From positions 1 to 64,000 of the forward strand of contig JAYKHR010000026.1 of assembly GCA_035285125.1 (NCBI GenBank): 64,000 bases of DNA, written 5' to 3'. Positions 27,346-38,721 of the stretch are shown here, piece after piece. Made by a program: the position numbers and the translations under genes. The notes under the pieces were generated by a model that ran no database searches, was not told the DNA's origin, and saw only the letters and a list, made by a program, of their open reading frames with translations. Within the stretch, counting starts at the first letter, position 1. Every line of letters begins with the position of its first letter. This DNA is from Candidatus Sericytochromatia bacterium. GTDB lineage: Bacteria; Cyanobacteriota; Sericytochromatia; S15B-MN24; JAQBPE01.

Positions 27346-29682
27346 TTGGCCGCCACGCAGGGGCACGTCGCCGGGTCGGAGCCTTCGTTGCAATCGTTCA
27401 AGTACGCCATCTCCCGCCCTGAAACCGCTCGCCGTCGGCCCCGCCGCTCCTCCTGGGGCGGCCTGCTGGCGCTGGCGGCGCTGGTCGGCGCGGGCGCCGT
27501 GGGTCTCTCGCACCTCCGCCTGGCGGTGGAGACCCCTGCGCGTGCGCTGCGTTGGATGATGGAGCGACCCGCCGTGGCAGAGGAGGGCGGCCTGTCGGTG
27601 GACGGGGTGCTGCGCCAGGGAGACGTGCACCTCGCCCGCGCCGAGTACCGGACGGCGTCTCGCTTGTATGCGCAGGCAATTCAACTGGCACCGGACCGCC
27701 TCGAGGCTTGGGATCGCGCCGTCGCGTCAGCCTACGTGGCGCGCGACCCGCTGGGCCCCGTTCCCGCGACCCTGGTGCCCGATGCGGCTGCCCGGGCCAG
27801 GCTCCTGGTGGCCCTGGCCCAGCGGGAGCTCGGCGCAGGGCGCCGAGAGGGCGCCGCCTACTGGCTGAGCGAGGCCGAGCGCATCGCCCCAGACGCCGTG
27901 GAACTGCTCAGGGCCCGGGCGAGGCTTGCCCTGGCCGCCGGCGATCTCGGGCAGGCCGAGGCAGCCGTGGCGCGAGCCCTGGAAGCGGCTCCCGCGGATC
28001 CCGCAGTGCTCGCGGAGCGATTCGCCCTGCGACTGACGAGAGGCGAGGTCGAGGCGGGCTCCCGGGAGGTCCTCGCGGCCGTCCGGCCGCTCCTGCAAGA
28101 TGAGCCGACGGGGCAGGCTGCCGTTCTGGCTGCTGAGGCCTACATTCGCCAGGGGCTGAGCCCGGAGGACGTGCGGCGGCGGCTGGTGGAGGACACGCCC
28201 CACCTGCGCACGGCTTCCCGGAAGCTGGTGCTGGCTCAGGCCTATCAACGTCACTACACGAGCAACCCGAACTGGTACCGGGACTCCTTCGAGCGCGTGC
28301 GGACCCTCGTGGACGAGATCCGCCGCGCAGACTCCGATGCCACCGCCCCGGAGCGTCTGCAGGCCGTGAAGGTGATGCTGGCTGCGCGGCGGGCCCGGTT
28401 AGCCCGCTTCGTCGAGCGCAGCGACATGGAGGCTGCGCTGGCGGAGGCCGGGCTGGCAGCCATGCTTGCGTCTTTGTTGCCAGCCTCTGAGCGGAGCGTC
28501 GCGGCAGACCTGCAGGCCGAGCGTGGCAGGCTGCTGACCCTGCTCGGTCGCCCGGCGGACGCCCTGAAGGCCTTCGAGACCGCCGTGCGTATCCAGCCCG
28601 GCCACCGGGCGCGGATCGACCTGGCGCGCCAGGAGGCGGGGAGCGGGGTCACGCTGCTGTCCGCGGGCCAGCGGCAACCCGCCCTCCAGCACCTCCGGCG
28701 CGCAGCGATGTTGTACCCCGAAGACGACGGAATCCTGGCCCGGTACTACCAGGCCCAGGGCCCCAAGGCCTCCATGCAGGCGGTGCTGGCCTGCGCCAGG
28801 GCCGTGCGGGAGCGCGAGATCGGCACTGTCTTCGCCCGCCTCACCCACGGGCTCTCTCAGGCCCACCACCCGGCGGATGCTGCGGCCCTCGTGGCCCTGG
28901 CGGGCAAGCTCCGGCTGCCACCCGGGCGCTTGGCGGAGCTCCGGGCCGAGGCCGCGCGGGCGGCAGGCCAGATGTCGGAGGCCCGCCGCAGCCTGCTGCG
29001 CGCGATCGACCACTCGCCCAGTGCCGCCTTGTGGCTTCGCCTGGCGGCGGTGGACGAGGCGGCGGCCGGCAGGCCTCGCTTGGCCCCCGCCCAGCGGCGC
29101 AGGCACCTCGCCGATGCCCTCGAGGCCACGCGGCACGCCCTGGCCTTCGACCCCTCGGGGCCGGCGGTGGGCCACGCGCTCAGGCTCCACAGGGTGCTGG
29201 CCGCGGCCCACCTGGCGGCCGGTGATGCCGTGCGGGCTGAACACGTGGCTGCGGCCGCGGCCGTCCTGGCGCCCAGAGATCCCGCCGTCGCGCTGGTCCT
29301 GGCCGATGCTTGCCTGGTCCGGGCGCGCTGGGGAGCGGCGCGCGACGCCTGTGTCGCGGGCCTTGCCGGCATCGTCCGCCCCTCGGACCCCCGGCACGCT
29401 TCCTTGCGGCTCCGCCTCGGCAGGTCCTTGCGGAAGCTCGGGCAGCCGGCCGAGGCGGTCGCGGCCCTGGCAGTGGGAGTCTCCGACGCGGCCTCCCCCA
29501 ACCCCCGGCAGGCCGCCGAGCTCTGGTACGAGCTCGCGTTCGCCCACCTCGCCGCGGACCAGCGCGAAGAGGCACTCAACGCCACCAAGCAGTACGCCCG
29601 GTTCGCCAGCCAGGATCCCCATGGGGTGCGACGGGCCGCTGAGGTGCAGCAACTCGCAGCCAAGCTCGCCCCTGCGCCATGA
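27346..29682 (+). CDS. Membrane-anchored TPR-repeat protein
   Basis: One N-terminal TM followed by many TPR-like helices (YAQAIQLAP, FETAVRIQP). Confidence 0.75.
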   Translation: MAATQGHVAGSEPSLQSFKYAISRPETARRRPRRSSWGGLLALAALVGAGAVGLSHLRLAVETPARALRWMMERPAVAEEGGLSVDGVLRQGDVHLARAEYRTASRLYAQAIQLAPDRLEAWDRAVASAYVARDPLGPVPATLVPDAAARARLLVALAQRELGAGRREGAAYWLSEAERIAPDAVELLRARARLALAAGDLGQAEAAVARALEAAPADPAVLAERFALRLTRGEVEAGSREVLAAVRPLLQDEPTGQAAVLAAEAYIRQGLSPEDVRRRLVEDTPHLRTASRKLVLAQAYQRHYTSNPNWYRDSFERVRTLVDEIRRADSDATAPERLQAVKVMLAARRARLARFVERSDMEAALAEAGLAAMLASLLPASERSVAADLQAERGRLLTLLGRPADALKAFETAVRIQPGHRARIDLARQEAGSGVTLLSAGQRQPALQHLRRAAMLYPEDDGILARYYQAQGPKASMQAVLACARAVREREIGTVFARLTHGLSQAHHPADAAALVALAGKLRLPPGRLAELRAEAARAAGQMSEARRSLLRAIDHSPSAALWLRLAAVDEAAAGRPRLAPAQRRRHLADALEATRHALAFDPSGPAVGHALRLHRVLAAAHLAAGDAVRAEHVAAAAAVLAPRDPAVALVLADACLVRARWGAARDACVAGLAGIVRPSDPRHASLRLRLGRSLRKLGQPAEAVAALAVGVSDAASPNPRQAAELWYELAFAHLAADQREEALNATKQYARFASQDPHGVRRAAEVQQLAAKLAPAP

Positions 29683-30587
29683 ACGTGGTGCTGGTGGCCA
29701 ACCCGAGCGCGGGCGGCGGGCTCGGAGCCACGCAGTGGCCACTGGTGGCGAGGCGCTTGGAGGCAGCCGGCCACGCCGTCGACGTTCGCCTGACGCAGCA
29801 GCCGGGTGACGGCACCCGGCTCGCGGCCTCAGCCCTCGCGTCGGGCTGCCGGCTCCTGGTCGCGCTCGGTGGTGATGGCACCTTTCACGAGGTGGTCCAG
29901 GGCTTCTTTGACGAGGCCGGCGCCCCGCGGGCGCCAGGCGCGCAGCTCGGCCTCCTGCCCGCGGGCACTGGCAACGACTTCGTCCGCTCCCTGGGGGGCT
30001 CCGACGTCACCCGGATGCTGGCCGCCCTGGCTTCGGGCCGTGCGCGCTGCATCGACGTGCTGGCAGTCCGCCACAGGAACCGGCGCGGCGCCCCTGCCTT
30101 TCGCATCTGCCTGAATGTCCTCAGCCTCGGCGCCTCGGCCCTCGCCTCCGAGCGCGCTCACGCCTGGCCCCCCTGGCTTCGCGGGCTGCGCTACCTGGCC
30201 GGGGGCCTGCAGACGCTGGCCGACGTGCGGCCCTTCAGGCTCCGCTGGACGCTGGACGACGCGCCTCAACCCGACGCCAAAGCCCTGATGCTGGTGGTGG
30301 GGAACGGCGGCTACTTCGGTGGCGGCATGCACATCCTGCCGGAGGCCAGGCTGGAGGACGGCCGTGCCCACGTGCTGCTGGTGCGCGACGCCCCCGCCTG
30401 GCAGCTGCTGGCGCAGCTGCCAGGGCTGTACGTGGGCGCCCACGTCACGGCCCCTTTCCTCGAGCTGCGCCACGCCCGCGTCGTCACCGTCGCCTCCGAG
30501 GCGCCGCTCGACATCGATGGTGAGCCGGTGGGCACCGGCCCGATCGAGGTCGAGGTGCTGCCGGGGGCCCTGCTGCTGCTGGCCTGA
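29679..30587 (+). CDS. Diacylglycerol/lipid kinase family protein (YegS/DgkB-like)
   Basis: NPSAG, GGDGT, PAGTGNDF, GNGGYFGGG, IDGE. Confidence 0.9.
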   Translation: MNVVLVANPSAGGGLGATQWPLVARRLEAAGHAVDVRLTQQPGDGTRLAASALASGCRLLVALGGDGTFHEVVQGFFDEAGAPRAPGAQLGLLPAGTGNDFVRSLGGSDVTRMLAALASGRARCIDVLAVRHRNRRGAPAFRICLNVLSLGASALASERAHAWPPWLRGLRYLAGGLQTLADVRPFRLRWTLDDAPQPDAKALMLVVGNGGYFGGGMHILPEARLEDGRAHVLLVRDAPAWQLLAQLPGLYVGAHVTAPFLELRHARVVTVASEAPLDIDGEPVGTGPIEVEVLPGALLLLA

Positions 30588-30606
30588 GGACGGCGGCCGG
30601 GACGCT

Positions 30607-31965
30607 TCACACCGCCTGGTGGCGCCAGCGTCCCAGGCGGAAGTACCAGGTGATGCCCACGCCCTGCGCCACCATGGACACGGTCATGGCCCACCAGGCG
30701 CCAGCCGTGCCCCAGCCCAGGAGCAGCGCCAGCACGAAGCCCAGGGGCACCCGCAGCAGGAGCTGGAAGAAAAAGACGCTCCACATCGGGGCGCGGGCGT
30801 CGCCTGCGCCCTGAAGCGCGCCATTCAGCACCATCGCAAGGGCGAGGAAGGGCTCCGACAGGGCGGCGACGCGGAGGTAGTCCGCGACGTGGCTGCGCAC
30901 CAGCGGATCCGCGGTGAACCTGGCGGCGAGGGCGTCTGCGCCGAGCCAGAACACAAGGGCGAACCCCGTCATGATGGCGATGCCGACGGCGGCCACGCGC
31001 CAAGTGGCGCGCTCGGCCTCGTCCGGGCGGCCGGCGCCGAGGTTCTGGCCCACGAGGGTCGCGGCCGCGATGTTGAGCGCGAAGCAGGGCAGGAAGGCGA
31101 CAGCCTCCACGCGCATGCCGATCGAGAAGGCCGCCACGACCGCCGTTGGCCCCGGCAGCATGCCGAGGATGCTGAAGAACGCCATCATGCCGACGTTGCG
31201 CATCAGCATCTGCAAGGCGGCGGGGAAGCCGATCCGCAGCAGGCGGCGGAACCACTCCCGGGTGGGATGCCACCCGCCCGCCGCCTCCCGGTACAGCCGC
31301 ATGCGGCTGAAGATGCCCCAGGCCACGGCGAGGCCGCTCACCTTGCCGGCGACGAAGCCCACGGCCAGGCCCTTCAGCCCGAGCCCGAGGCCGAGCCCCA
31401 GCCCGAGCGAGCCCCCCATCCAGACAAGGTTCTCCACCACGGCGGTGCCCAGCAGCCCCATGGACAGGCCGCGGGCCCTCAGCACGGCGTGCAGCACGAT
31501 CATGACGTCCATCGGGAGCAGGCCGACCACGAGGCTGCGCAGGTAGGGGGCGCCGGCCCGCTGCACGGCCTCCGGGGCACCCAGCACGGCAAACAGCCAC
31601 GGGGCTGCCAGCCACACCACCGGGAGCATGCAGAGGGACATCGTGAGACCCAGCAGCACGGCCTGGCGGGCGGCGCGTCCGGCCTCGGCCCAGTCGCCCG
31701 CACCAACGTACCGGGACACCAGGGCCTGCGCACCGATGGCCACCGCCGTGACGGTCGCGTTGATGAGCAGGACCAGCTGCATCGTGAGGCCCACGACGGC
31801 CTGCTCCACCGAGCCGAAGTGGCCGGCTATCCAGGTCTCCAGCAGCCCCACCGCCGCGTTGGCGAGCATCGTCAGCACCAAAGGCCAGCTCAGCCGCCAG
31901 ATGACTTGCCACGAGGCGCTCGCGGTGTCGGGGACTGCCTCGGCCCGCGCCTCGGGCAGCGTCAT
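30607..31965 (-). CDS. MATE family efflux transporter
   Basis: LSWP, LVSRYVGA, IGFP, LVGQNLGA, GAGD; about 12 TM. Confidence 0.9.
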   Translation of the reverse strand: MTLPEARAEAVPDTASASWQVIWRLSWPLVLTMLANAAVGLLETWIAGHFGSVEQAVVGLTMQLVLLINATVTAVAIGAQALVSRYVGAGDWAEAGRAARQAVLLGLTMSLCMLPVVWLAAPWLFAVLGAPEAVQRAGAPYLRSLVVGLLPMDVMIVLHAVLRARGLSMGLLGTAVVENLVWMGGSLGLGLGLGLGLKGLAVGFVAGKVSGLAVAWGIFSRMRLYREAAGGWHPTREWFRRLLRIGFPAALQMLMRNVGMMAFFSILGMLPGPTAVVAAFSIGMRVEAVAFLPCFALNIAAATLVGQNLGAGRPDEAERATWRVAAVGIAIMTGFALVFWLGADALAARFTADPLVRSHVADYLRVAALSEPFLALAMVLNGALQGAGDARAPMWSVFFFQLLLRVPLGFVLALLLGWGTAGAWWAMTVSMVAQGVGITWYFRLGRWRHQAV

Positions 31966-33881
31966 TCGCCCGCCACGAGGGCGCCTGGGATGACCTTGCC
32001 GGTGGCGTGGGCGGGGGCTGGGATGCGCATCAGACGGGCCACCGTGGGCGCGAGGTCGGCGTTCGTCACGGGCGGCAGCTCGACGCCGGCGCCGAGGCCC
32101 GGACCGGCCAGCACCATGAAGGCGTGCATGTCGGGTCGCCGGGGGTCGAAGACGTGCCCGGCCCTGCCCGGCTTGAGGGCCGTAACGACGCGGGGGGCCG
32201 CGACCTCATCCTCGAAGAGGTAGCCGGGCCGGAGGTCCACGTAAAGGTCGCCCGCGCGGGGGCCCCCGATGCCAAGGGCCCTCGCCTCCTCGCCGTCGCG
32301 CCGGATGAGGCGGGTGACGATGGGCCGGCCTGCGGCGTCGCGCTCCGCCGTCAGGGCTGCCTCCACGCGCGCCAGCACCCCGGGCACGTCTCGCAGGGCC
32401 ACGACGCCACCTTTGTGGCCGACGTGGTTGATCAGCACGTAGCCACCGTCCGTGCTGGTATAAAGCGCCCGCGTGTGGGCGAGGTCGACCTTGCCCCGGC
32501 TCGTCAGCTTGAGGAGCCCAGCCTTGCGCAGCACGGTGTTTGGATGGAAGGCCCAGGGCGTGGGCGCCATGCCGTGGTCGGAGGCCAGCGCCACGACGGT
32601 GTCGGGCGAGGCCGCGAGCGGCCCGAGGGTGTCGTCCACGGCCCGCAGGACGTCCGCAAGCCGGGCCGTCGCGAGCGCCTCCCGGTTGCCCGTGAGCCTC
32701 CCGGGCATGTCACGGGCCTCGGGCGCGAGGCCGCCGTACCAGTGGTGAAGCGCCTCATCCGGGTACGGCAGGTAGCACACCGCCAGGTCCCAGTCCCGCC
32801 GGGCCATCAGGCGCTCGAGGCGCAGCCGGGCGCCGCCGAGGATGTGGCGCACGATCGTCACGTAGCGGGTCTCGGCCTGCCCGTCCCCGCCCTCGAACAG
32901 GGTGGGGCCCAGCAGCCCCTGGCTCCAGATGCGTCCTGGCCCCTGGGGCACGAAGGGGCTGTCTGGTCCGTACCACATGCCCGGCGCCTCCGTGTGGTTG
33001 GAGGCCGGGGCGCTCACGCCCGTGTTGTAGAGGCGCCAGCTCGCGAGGTCCGGCGCCAGGTCGAAGAGGTGGAAGCGCAGCCACCCGGCTCCCCGCGCGC
33101 CCTCGACGCGAATGGGGGCCGACCAGGCGCCGGGCTTGAGCACCACCCACTGCGCGGCCTTGTGGGGGGCCAGCGCGAGGCTGTCGTAGCCTGCCACCGG
33201 GTCCGTCGGGTCGTCAAAGGCCAGGGCCCACCAGGGCCGACCAGCGACCTCCAGGCGCTGCTCCAGCGGCGTGGCCCCGGGGGGGGCTTCGTTCCAGCCG
33301 TGAGCGGGTCGCCAGGCGCTCGCATCGCGGTGGACGGCGTCCTTCGCGAGCACCCCGGCGTAGCCGTCCAACAGGGTCAGCGAGCCGCCGAAGGGGCCAC
33401 CGAACCGGCCACCGGGCTCGTAGGTGGCCAGCGGCGTGACGTGGGTGCCCTGCAGCACCAGCGCCCGCTTGCCGGCGCGGGCGGCCGTGACCCAAAGTGG
33501 CTCGGCCAGCAGCGCGGTGCTGGCGAAGCCGTCCTCGACGTCCAGCAGGGTGCGGGCGTGAAGCGGCAGGGACAGCACCTTGTTCCCGGCGATGCCGTTG
33601 ACGTCCGACATCGCCCCCGTCCAGAGGGCCGCGTGGCCGGCTGCCGTCTTGGAGGGAAAGTTCGTCACGCTGTGCTGGGGCCAGACGCCCCGGCCCTTGA
33701 GGCGGGCCAGGTTGGGCATCCAGCCTGCCGCGAGGGCACGCCCCACGACCTCGGCGGAGGCCCCGTCCAGCGTCACGACGACCACGCGGGGAGGGTCAGA
33801 CGATGGCCTGACGACGTGCGCGCAGCCTCCGAGGGCCAGGGCGAGGGCGAGGGGCAGGCGGGCAGCGGTGGAGCGGGGCAT
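31962..33881 (-). CDS. Alkaline-phosphatase superfamily nucleotide pyrophosphatase/phosphodiesterase, lipoprotein
   Basis: LGGC lipobox, TLDG, PSKTAAGH, DEALH, SDHG, DLAPT. Confidence 0.85.
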   Translation of the reverse strand: MPRSTAARLPLALALALGGCAHVVRPSSDPPRVVVVTLDGASAEVVGRALAAGWMPNLARLKGRGVWPQHSVTNFPSKTAAGHAALWTGAMSDVNGIAGNKVLSLPLHARTLLDVEDGFASTALLAEPLWVTAARAGKRALVLQGTHVTPLATYEPGGRFGGPFGGSLTLLDGYAGVLAKDAVHRDASAWRPAHGWNEAPPGATPLEQRLEVAGRPWWALAFDDPTDPVAGYDSLALAPHKAAQWVVLKPGAWSAPIRVEGARGAGWLRFHLFDLAPDLASWRLYNTGVSAPASNHTEAPGMWYGPDSPFVPQGPGRIWSQGLLGPTLFEGGDGQAETRYVTIVRHILGGARLRLERLMARRDWDLAVCYLPYPDEALHHWYGGLAPEARDMPGRLTGNREALATARLADVLRAVDDTLGPLAASPDTVVALASDHGMAPTPWAFHPNTVLRKAGLLKLTSRGKVDLAHTRALYTSTDGGYVLINHVGHKGGVVALRDVPGVLARVEAALTAERDAAGRPIVTRLIRRDGEEARALGIGGPRAGDLYVDLRPGYLFEDEVAAPRVVTALKPGRAGHVFDPRRPDMHAFMVLAGPGLGAGVELPPVTNADLAPTVARLMRIPAPAHATGKVIPGALVAGE

Positions 33882-33929
33882 GGGGGGCAGCGATGGAGCG
33901 GGAGCCTCAACACCATAGCCGAAAGACGC

Positions 33930-34793
33930 TCAGATCACCAGCACGGGCTGCAGCTGGCCGTCTCGAGACTCGGCGATCGCGACGAGCGCGCCATCGGGCC
34001 CGTGCACCCGGCCGCGGGCCTCCAGCATGCCCGGGATCCGCCTGCCCAGCCGCAGGTCCGACACCTCCTCGGCCGTCGCCTCGTGCCGAGGCAGATGGCC
34101 CAGCCAGCGCTCGAGGGGCAACCACCGGGGTTGGCCCGCGAGCTCCTCGAGGGTCTGCGCCTCTGCCAGGCCCAGCGGCCCCGAGCGGGTCCGCAGGAGG
34201 AACCGGAGGCAAGCGGGCAGCCCGAGGGCCTGGCCGAGGTCGACCGCCAGGGAGCGGATGTAGGTGCCAGCCGAGCACGACACGTCGAGCTGGGTCGCCG
34301 CGAGGGGGCCCGCCGTGAACGTCTGCGCCTCGAGGTGGTGGATGGAAACCTCGCGGGTGGGAATCTCCGCCTCGGCGAGCACGACGCCGGCCCGGGCGAG
34401 CTCGTACAGGCGCTTCCCACCGACGTGCACGGCCGAGGCCATCGGCGGGCGCTGGACGATGCGGCCCCTGAAGGCCGCCAGGGCCGCGCCCAGCGAGGCC
34501 TCCGTCAGGCCTTCGGCGCTGGCGCGCGCGAGCACGCGGCCCTCGAAGTCCCCGGTGTCGGTGGCCAGGCCGAAGACCACCTCGGCGCGGTAGGCCTTGT
34601 CGTCCTGCACGTAGCCCAGCAGCCTGGTGGCCTTTCCCACCGCCACCAGGGTCACGCCGGCTGCGGCCGGGTCCAGGGTGCCGCCGTGGCCCACCCGGCG
34701 GGTGCCCACCACCCGGCGCACCACGCTGACGACATCGTGGGCCGTCATGCCCGGCGGCTTCAGCACGGCCAGCAGGCCGAAGGGTTCGCTCAC
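33930..34793 (-). CDS. truB: tRNA pseudouridine(55) synthase
   Basis: KPPGMT, GHGGTLDP, CSAGTYIRSL. Confidence 0.95.
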   Translation of the reverse strand: MSEPFGLLAVLKPPGMTAHDVVSVVRRVVGTRRVGHGGTLDPAAAGVTLVAVGKATRLLGYVQDDKAYRAEVVFGLATDTGDFEGRVLARASAEGLTEASLGAALAAFRGRIVQRPPMASAVHVGGKRLYELARAGVVLAEAEIPTREVSIHHLEAQTFTAGPLAATQLDVSCSAGTYIRSLAVDLGQALGLPACLRFLLRTRSGPLGLAEAQTLEELAGQPRWLPLERWLGHLPRHEATAEEVSDLRLGRRIPGMLEARGRVHGPDGALVAIAESRDGQLQPVLVI

Positions 34794-35812
34794 TGCGGGG
34801 CCTCCATCGCCACCCGCAGGACCCTCAACAGGCGTTGTTCAGCGTCTGCCAGCGAGCCACTCAGCGTGCAACCCGAGGCCAGGCGGTGCCCGCCGCCCCC
34901 GAGGCGGCCGGCGATGGCGTTCACGTCGAGGCCGCCCTTCGAGCGCAGGCTGACGCGCACCCCGCCCCTGCGGCTCTCGCGCGCCACGAAGAGGGCCTCG
35001 ACACCTGCCACCTCCCGCACGCGGTCCACGATGGCGTCGGCGTCCTCTTCGCAGGCCCCCGTAGCGTCAAAGGTGGCGAGGGGCACGCTGACCCAGGCAA
35101 TCCGGCCGTCGTCCGTGACGTTGAGCCCTCGCAAGGCTTCACCGAGCAGGCGGACAGACGCCGCCGTCTTGCGCTCGTAGATGGCGGTGGCGATGGCGGG
35201 CGCGTCGATGCCCACCTCGAGGAGGCTCGCGGCGATCGCGAGCGTGCGGGGCGTGGTGCTCGGGTAGCGAAAGCCGCCCGTGTCGGTGAGCAGGGATGCA
35301 TACAGGCAGGTGGCGGCGTCTTGGTCGACAGGCACGCCGAAGTGGTCGAACAGCAGCCAGACGATCTCGCCCGTCGCGGCGGCCTGGAGATCGAGCAACT
35401 GGTGGGTGCCCCACCCGGTGTTGCTCACGTGGTGGTCGATGTTTACCAGCGGGCGTCTGTCGGCGACGTGCGCCGCCGTGCGGCCGAGGCGGGAGAGGTC
35501 GGCGGCATCGAGGCCGACCGCGCCCGCGTCGAGGTTCGGCACGACGTCGCGGACGCGGTCCACGCCAGGCAGGAACCCGAACCGCTCCAGGACGGGATCG
35601 TCGCAGACCACGTGGGTCTCAGCGCCGAGGGCTTGCAGCAGCCGGGCCAGGGCCAGGCTGCTGCCGAGCGTGTCGGCATCAGGCCCGTGGTGGGGGCACA
35701 CGATCCAGCGCCGGGTCTCGCAAAGCATCGGCAGCCAAGCCAACACCGAAGCCGGCCAGCCCGCCTGGGCGAGGCCTGGGCGGCTGCCCTCAGACGGCGT
35801 CGTGGCCTTCAC
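34790..35812 (-). CDS. nrnA: DHH/DHHA1 oligoribonuclease / pAp phosphatase
   Basis: PDAD, IDHH, TDTGGF, SLRS, GGGGH; lies between rbfA and truB. Confidence 0.88.
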   Translation of the reverse strand: MKATTPSEGSRPGLAQAGWPASVLAWLPMLCETRRWIVCPHHGPDADTLGSSLALARLLQALGAETHVVCDDPVLERFGFLPGVDRVRDVVPNLDAGAVGLDAADLSRLGRTAAHVADRRPLVNIDHHVSNTGWGTHQLLDLQAAATGEIVWLLFDHFGVPVDQDAATCLYASLLTDTGGFRYPSTTPRTLAIAASLLEVGIDAPAIATAIYERKTAASVRLLGEALRGLNVTDDGRIAWVSVPLATFDATGACEEDADAIVDRVREVAGVEALFVARESRRGGVRVSLRSKGGLDVNAIAGRLGGGGHRLASGCTLSGSLADAEQRLLRVLRVAMEAPQ

Positions 35813-36173
35813 TGTCGGCCTCGTTCCGTTCCTGGCTGAGGCGGTTGAGCAAGGCCAGGACCTGGGCCCCCCGCTCGATTGAGCGGTCGAGCTTGAAGTG
35901 AACCTCGGGTGTGGCGCGAAGCTGAATGGCCCTGGCGAGCACGCTGCGCACGAAGCCCGCTGCGTGTTGCAAACCCTCGAGGGCCTGCTCCTGCTGGTCT
36001 TCGTCCCCGAGGACGCTGACGAAGACCGTCGCGTGCCGGAGGTCGCCGCTCACCTCGACGTTCGTCACGGAGACGCGCTCGCTCGGCACTCGGCTGTCCT
36101 TGATGCGGTGCAACAAGAGGGCACCGACCTCTTCTTTGATGGCCTCTGCCACCCTGGTCTGGCGATGGGACAT
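35790..36173 (-). CDS. rbfA: Ribosome-binding factor A
   Basis: VEVSGDLRHATVFVS, LRATPEVHF; follows infB. Confidence 0.93.
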   Translation of the reverse strand: MSHRQTRVAEAIKEEVGALLLHRIKDSRVPSERVSVTNVEVSGDLRHATVFVSVLGDEDQQEQALEGLQHAAGFVRSVLARAIQLRATPEVHFKLDRSIERGAQVLALLNRLSQERNEADSEGHDAV

Positions 36174-36218
36174 ACGATCCTCCTGGGGCAACCGCGCCAG
36201 ACGTGCCGCAAGGCACGC

Positions 36219-38651
36219 CTAGCGGGCCTTCTCCTGCGTGATGTAGGACTCGATGATGTCCCCCTCGGCCAGGTCGTTCCACTTCTCGAGCGCCATACCG
36301 CACTCGTAACCGGTGGCGACCTCCTTGGCGTCGTCCTTGAACCGCTTGAGGCTGTCGAGCTTGCCCTCGAAGATGACCTTGCCCGCCCGCAACAACTTGA
36401 CGGAGGCGTTGCGCACGATCTTGCCCTCGGTGACCATGCAGCCGCCGATGACGGTCTGCTTGCCCGACTTGAAGGTGGCCCGAACCTCGGCCTGACCGGT
36501 CTTGACCGTCTCGAACTCGGGCTCCAGCAAGCCCAGCATCGCCTTCTCGAGGTCCTCGACCATCTTGTAGATGACGGAGTACAGCTTGACGTCGACGCTG
36601 GCTTCTTCCGCAGCCCGGCTCGCCCGGTCGTCGGACTTCACGTTGAAGCCGATGATGAGGGCGTCCGACGCCGCCGCGAGGCTCACGTCCGTCTCCGAGA
36701 TGTCGCCGTTGCCGGAGAACAGGATCCGGATGGTGGTGCCCTCCGTGCGCTGGTTGAGCTGGCTGAGAGCCTGCTCGATGGCCTCGTTGGAGCCCTTGAC
36801 GTCTGCCTTGATGATGATGGGCAGTTCCTTTTGCCCCTCCTGGATGCGCGTGTAGAAGTCCTTGAGGTGGACCCGGCTGCGCGACGCGAGGGTGGCGGTG
36901 CGGTCCTCGAGGGCGCGCTGGTCGGCGAGCGCCTTGGCCTCCTTCTCGCTGGGCATCACCTGGAACATATCACCTGCGTGGGGGACGTCAGAACAACCCA
37001 GCACCTCGACGGGGTGGGCTGGCCCGGCTTCCTTGACGCGGCGACCCCGGTCGTCGATGAGGGCCCGGACCTTGCCGTGCACGGAGCCGACGACGAAGGC
37101 GTCGCCGACGCGCAGCGTGCCGTTCTGGACCAGCACGGTGGCGACGGGACCCATGCTCTTCGAGAGCTTGGCTTCCACGATCATGCCGCGCGCCGGGCGC
37201 TCCGGGTTGGCCTTGAGTTCCTGCACCTCGGCCACGAGCAGGATCATCTCCAGCAGGTGGTCCAGGTTGAGGCGCTTTTTGGCGGACACCTCCACCATGA
37301 CGGTGGAGCCACCCCACTCTTCGGGCACGAGTTCGTACTCGGTGAGCTCCTGCTTGACCCGGTCCGGCGCGGCCTCCGCCTTGTCGACCTTGTTGATCGC
37401 CACGATGATGGGCACGTTGGCGGCCTTCGCGTGGGAGATGGCCTCGATGGTCTGCGGCATCACGCCGTCGTCGGCCGCCACCACGAGGATGGCGATGTCC
37501 GTCGCCTTGGCGCCGCGGGCTCGCATCGCCGTGAAGGCTTCGTGGCCCGGGGTGTCGAGGAAGCAGATCTCATTGCCATGGATCGAGGTCATGTAGGCGC
37601 CGATGTGCTGGGTGATGCCACCCGCCTCGCCCGAGGCCACGCGCGTCTCCCGGAGGGCGTCGAGCAGCGACGTCTTGCCGTGGTCGACGTGGCCCATGAC
37701 CGTGACGATCGGCGGCCGGCCCTTGAGCTCCTCGGGTGCGTCCTCGTCCTGCGTCACGGCGGCCAGCGCCTGCGCGATGGGGTCGATGAGCTTCACCTCG
37801 TAGCCCATCTCGACGGCGATCATCTCGGCCGTCTCCTTCTCGATGTTCTGGTTGATGGTGGCCAGGATGCCCTTCACGAAGAGGCGCTTGATGACCTCCG
37901 TCTCCTTGACGGCCATCTTGTCGGCGAGTTCCTTCACCGTCAGCGAGCCGACCAGCTCGATCTGCGACGGGGCCTCCCCGAGCCCACCACTCTGCCTGGC
38001 ACGGCGGCGCTCCTCGCGCTCCATCCGCATCTCGGCCTTGGACTTCTTGCGGCCGGGCTTCGGCTTGTTGAAGGCGGCAGGGATGTCCTCGTCGTCCTTG
38101 CGACGTCGCTCGTCGCGCTCCCCACGGGTGCCGTCCTTGCGAGCAGGGGCACCGGCCAGGGCGGGGCGAGCGCCGGGCGCGCCAGGGGCGCCGGGCGCGC
38201 CCGGGACACCCGGACGACCCGGGCCGCCGGGCCGCTCGAAGCGGTCGGGGCGCTGGTCCGGTCGGATCTCGAAGCGCGGGGTCGGGAAGCCTGCCGGCCG
38301 CTGAGGCAGGGCCACGGGCGACGGGCCGCCGGGGACGCTGGAGCCAGGCCGGACAGGCATGCCCGGCGCGATGGGCCGTGAAGGCGTGGGCGTGGGGCGC
38401 GCCTCGGGGCGAAGGGGCGCAGCGGGCGCTCCGGGAGCACCCGCCGGCGTGGCGGCAGGGGCCGCAACAGGGGCCGCCGCGGGCTCGACCTTCGGCTCGA
38501 GGAGCTTCTTGCGAACGGCCTCCGCCTGGTCATCCTCGACCCAGGCCAGGTGGTTCTTCACCGGGTAGCCGAGGTCGTTGAAGGCGTCGAGCAAGTCCTT
38601 GGACGGAATGTTCAAGTCCTTGGCCATCTTGCAAATCTGAACCTTGCCCAT
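36219..38651 (-). CDS. infB: Translation initiation factor IF-2
   Basis: [38 protein letters not shown]. Confidence 0.97.
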   Translation of the reverse strand: MGKVQICKMAKDLNIPSKDLLDAFNDLGYPVKNHLAWVEDDQAEAVRKKLLEPKVEPAAAPVAAPAATPAGAPGAPAAPLRPEARPTPTPSRPIAPGMPVRPGSSVPGGPSPVALPQRPAGFPTPRFEIRPDQRPDRFERPGGPGRPGVPGAPGAPGAPGARPALAGAPARKDGTRGERDERRRKDDEDIPAAFNKPKPGRKKSKAEMRMEREERRRARQSGGLGEAPSQIELVGSLTVKELADKMAVKETEVIKRLFVKGILATINQNIEKETAEMIAVEMGYEVKLIDPIAQALAAVTQDEDAPEELKGRPPIVTVMGHVDHGKTSLLDALRETRVASGEAGGITQHIGAYMTSIHGNEICFLDTPGHEAFTAMRARGAKATDIAILVVAADDGVMPQTIEAISHAKAANVPIIVAINKVDKAEAAPDRVKQELTEYELVPEEWGGSTVMVEVSAKKRLNLDHLLEMILLVAEVQELKANPERPARGMIVEAKLSKSMGPVATVLVQNGTLRVGDAFVVGSVHGKVRALIDDRGRRVKEAGPAHPVEVLGCSDVPHAGDMFQVMPSEKEAKALADQRALEDRTATLASRSRVHLKDFYTRIQEGQKELPIIIKADVKGSNEAIEQALSQLNQRTEGTTIRILFSGNGDISETDVSLAAASDALIIGFNVKSDDRASRAAEEASVDVKLYSVIYKMVEDLEKAMLGLLEPEFETVKTGQAEVRATFKSGKQTVIGGCMVTEGKIVRNASVKLLRAGKVIFEGKLDSLKRFKDDAKEVATGYECGMALEKWNDLAEGDIIESYITQEKAR

Positions 38652-38721
38652 TTTAGTTACCGTTTCCTCTCTCGAGGTGTGTCGTGCCCGGAGGTCGAAG
38701 GTGGGTGCCGGAGCCCGCGGG

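Noticed and set aside
38160..38480. Pro/Gly/Ala tandem-like repeats in infB
   Set aside because: Ordinary low-complexity IF-2 N-terminal linker.
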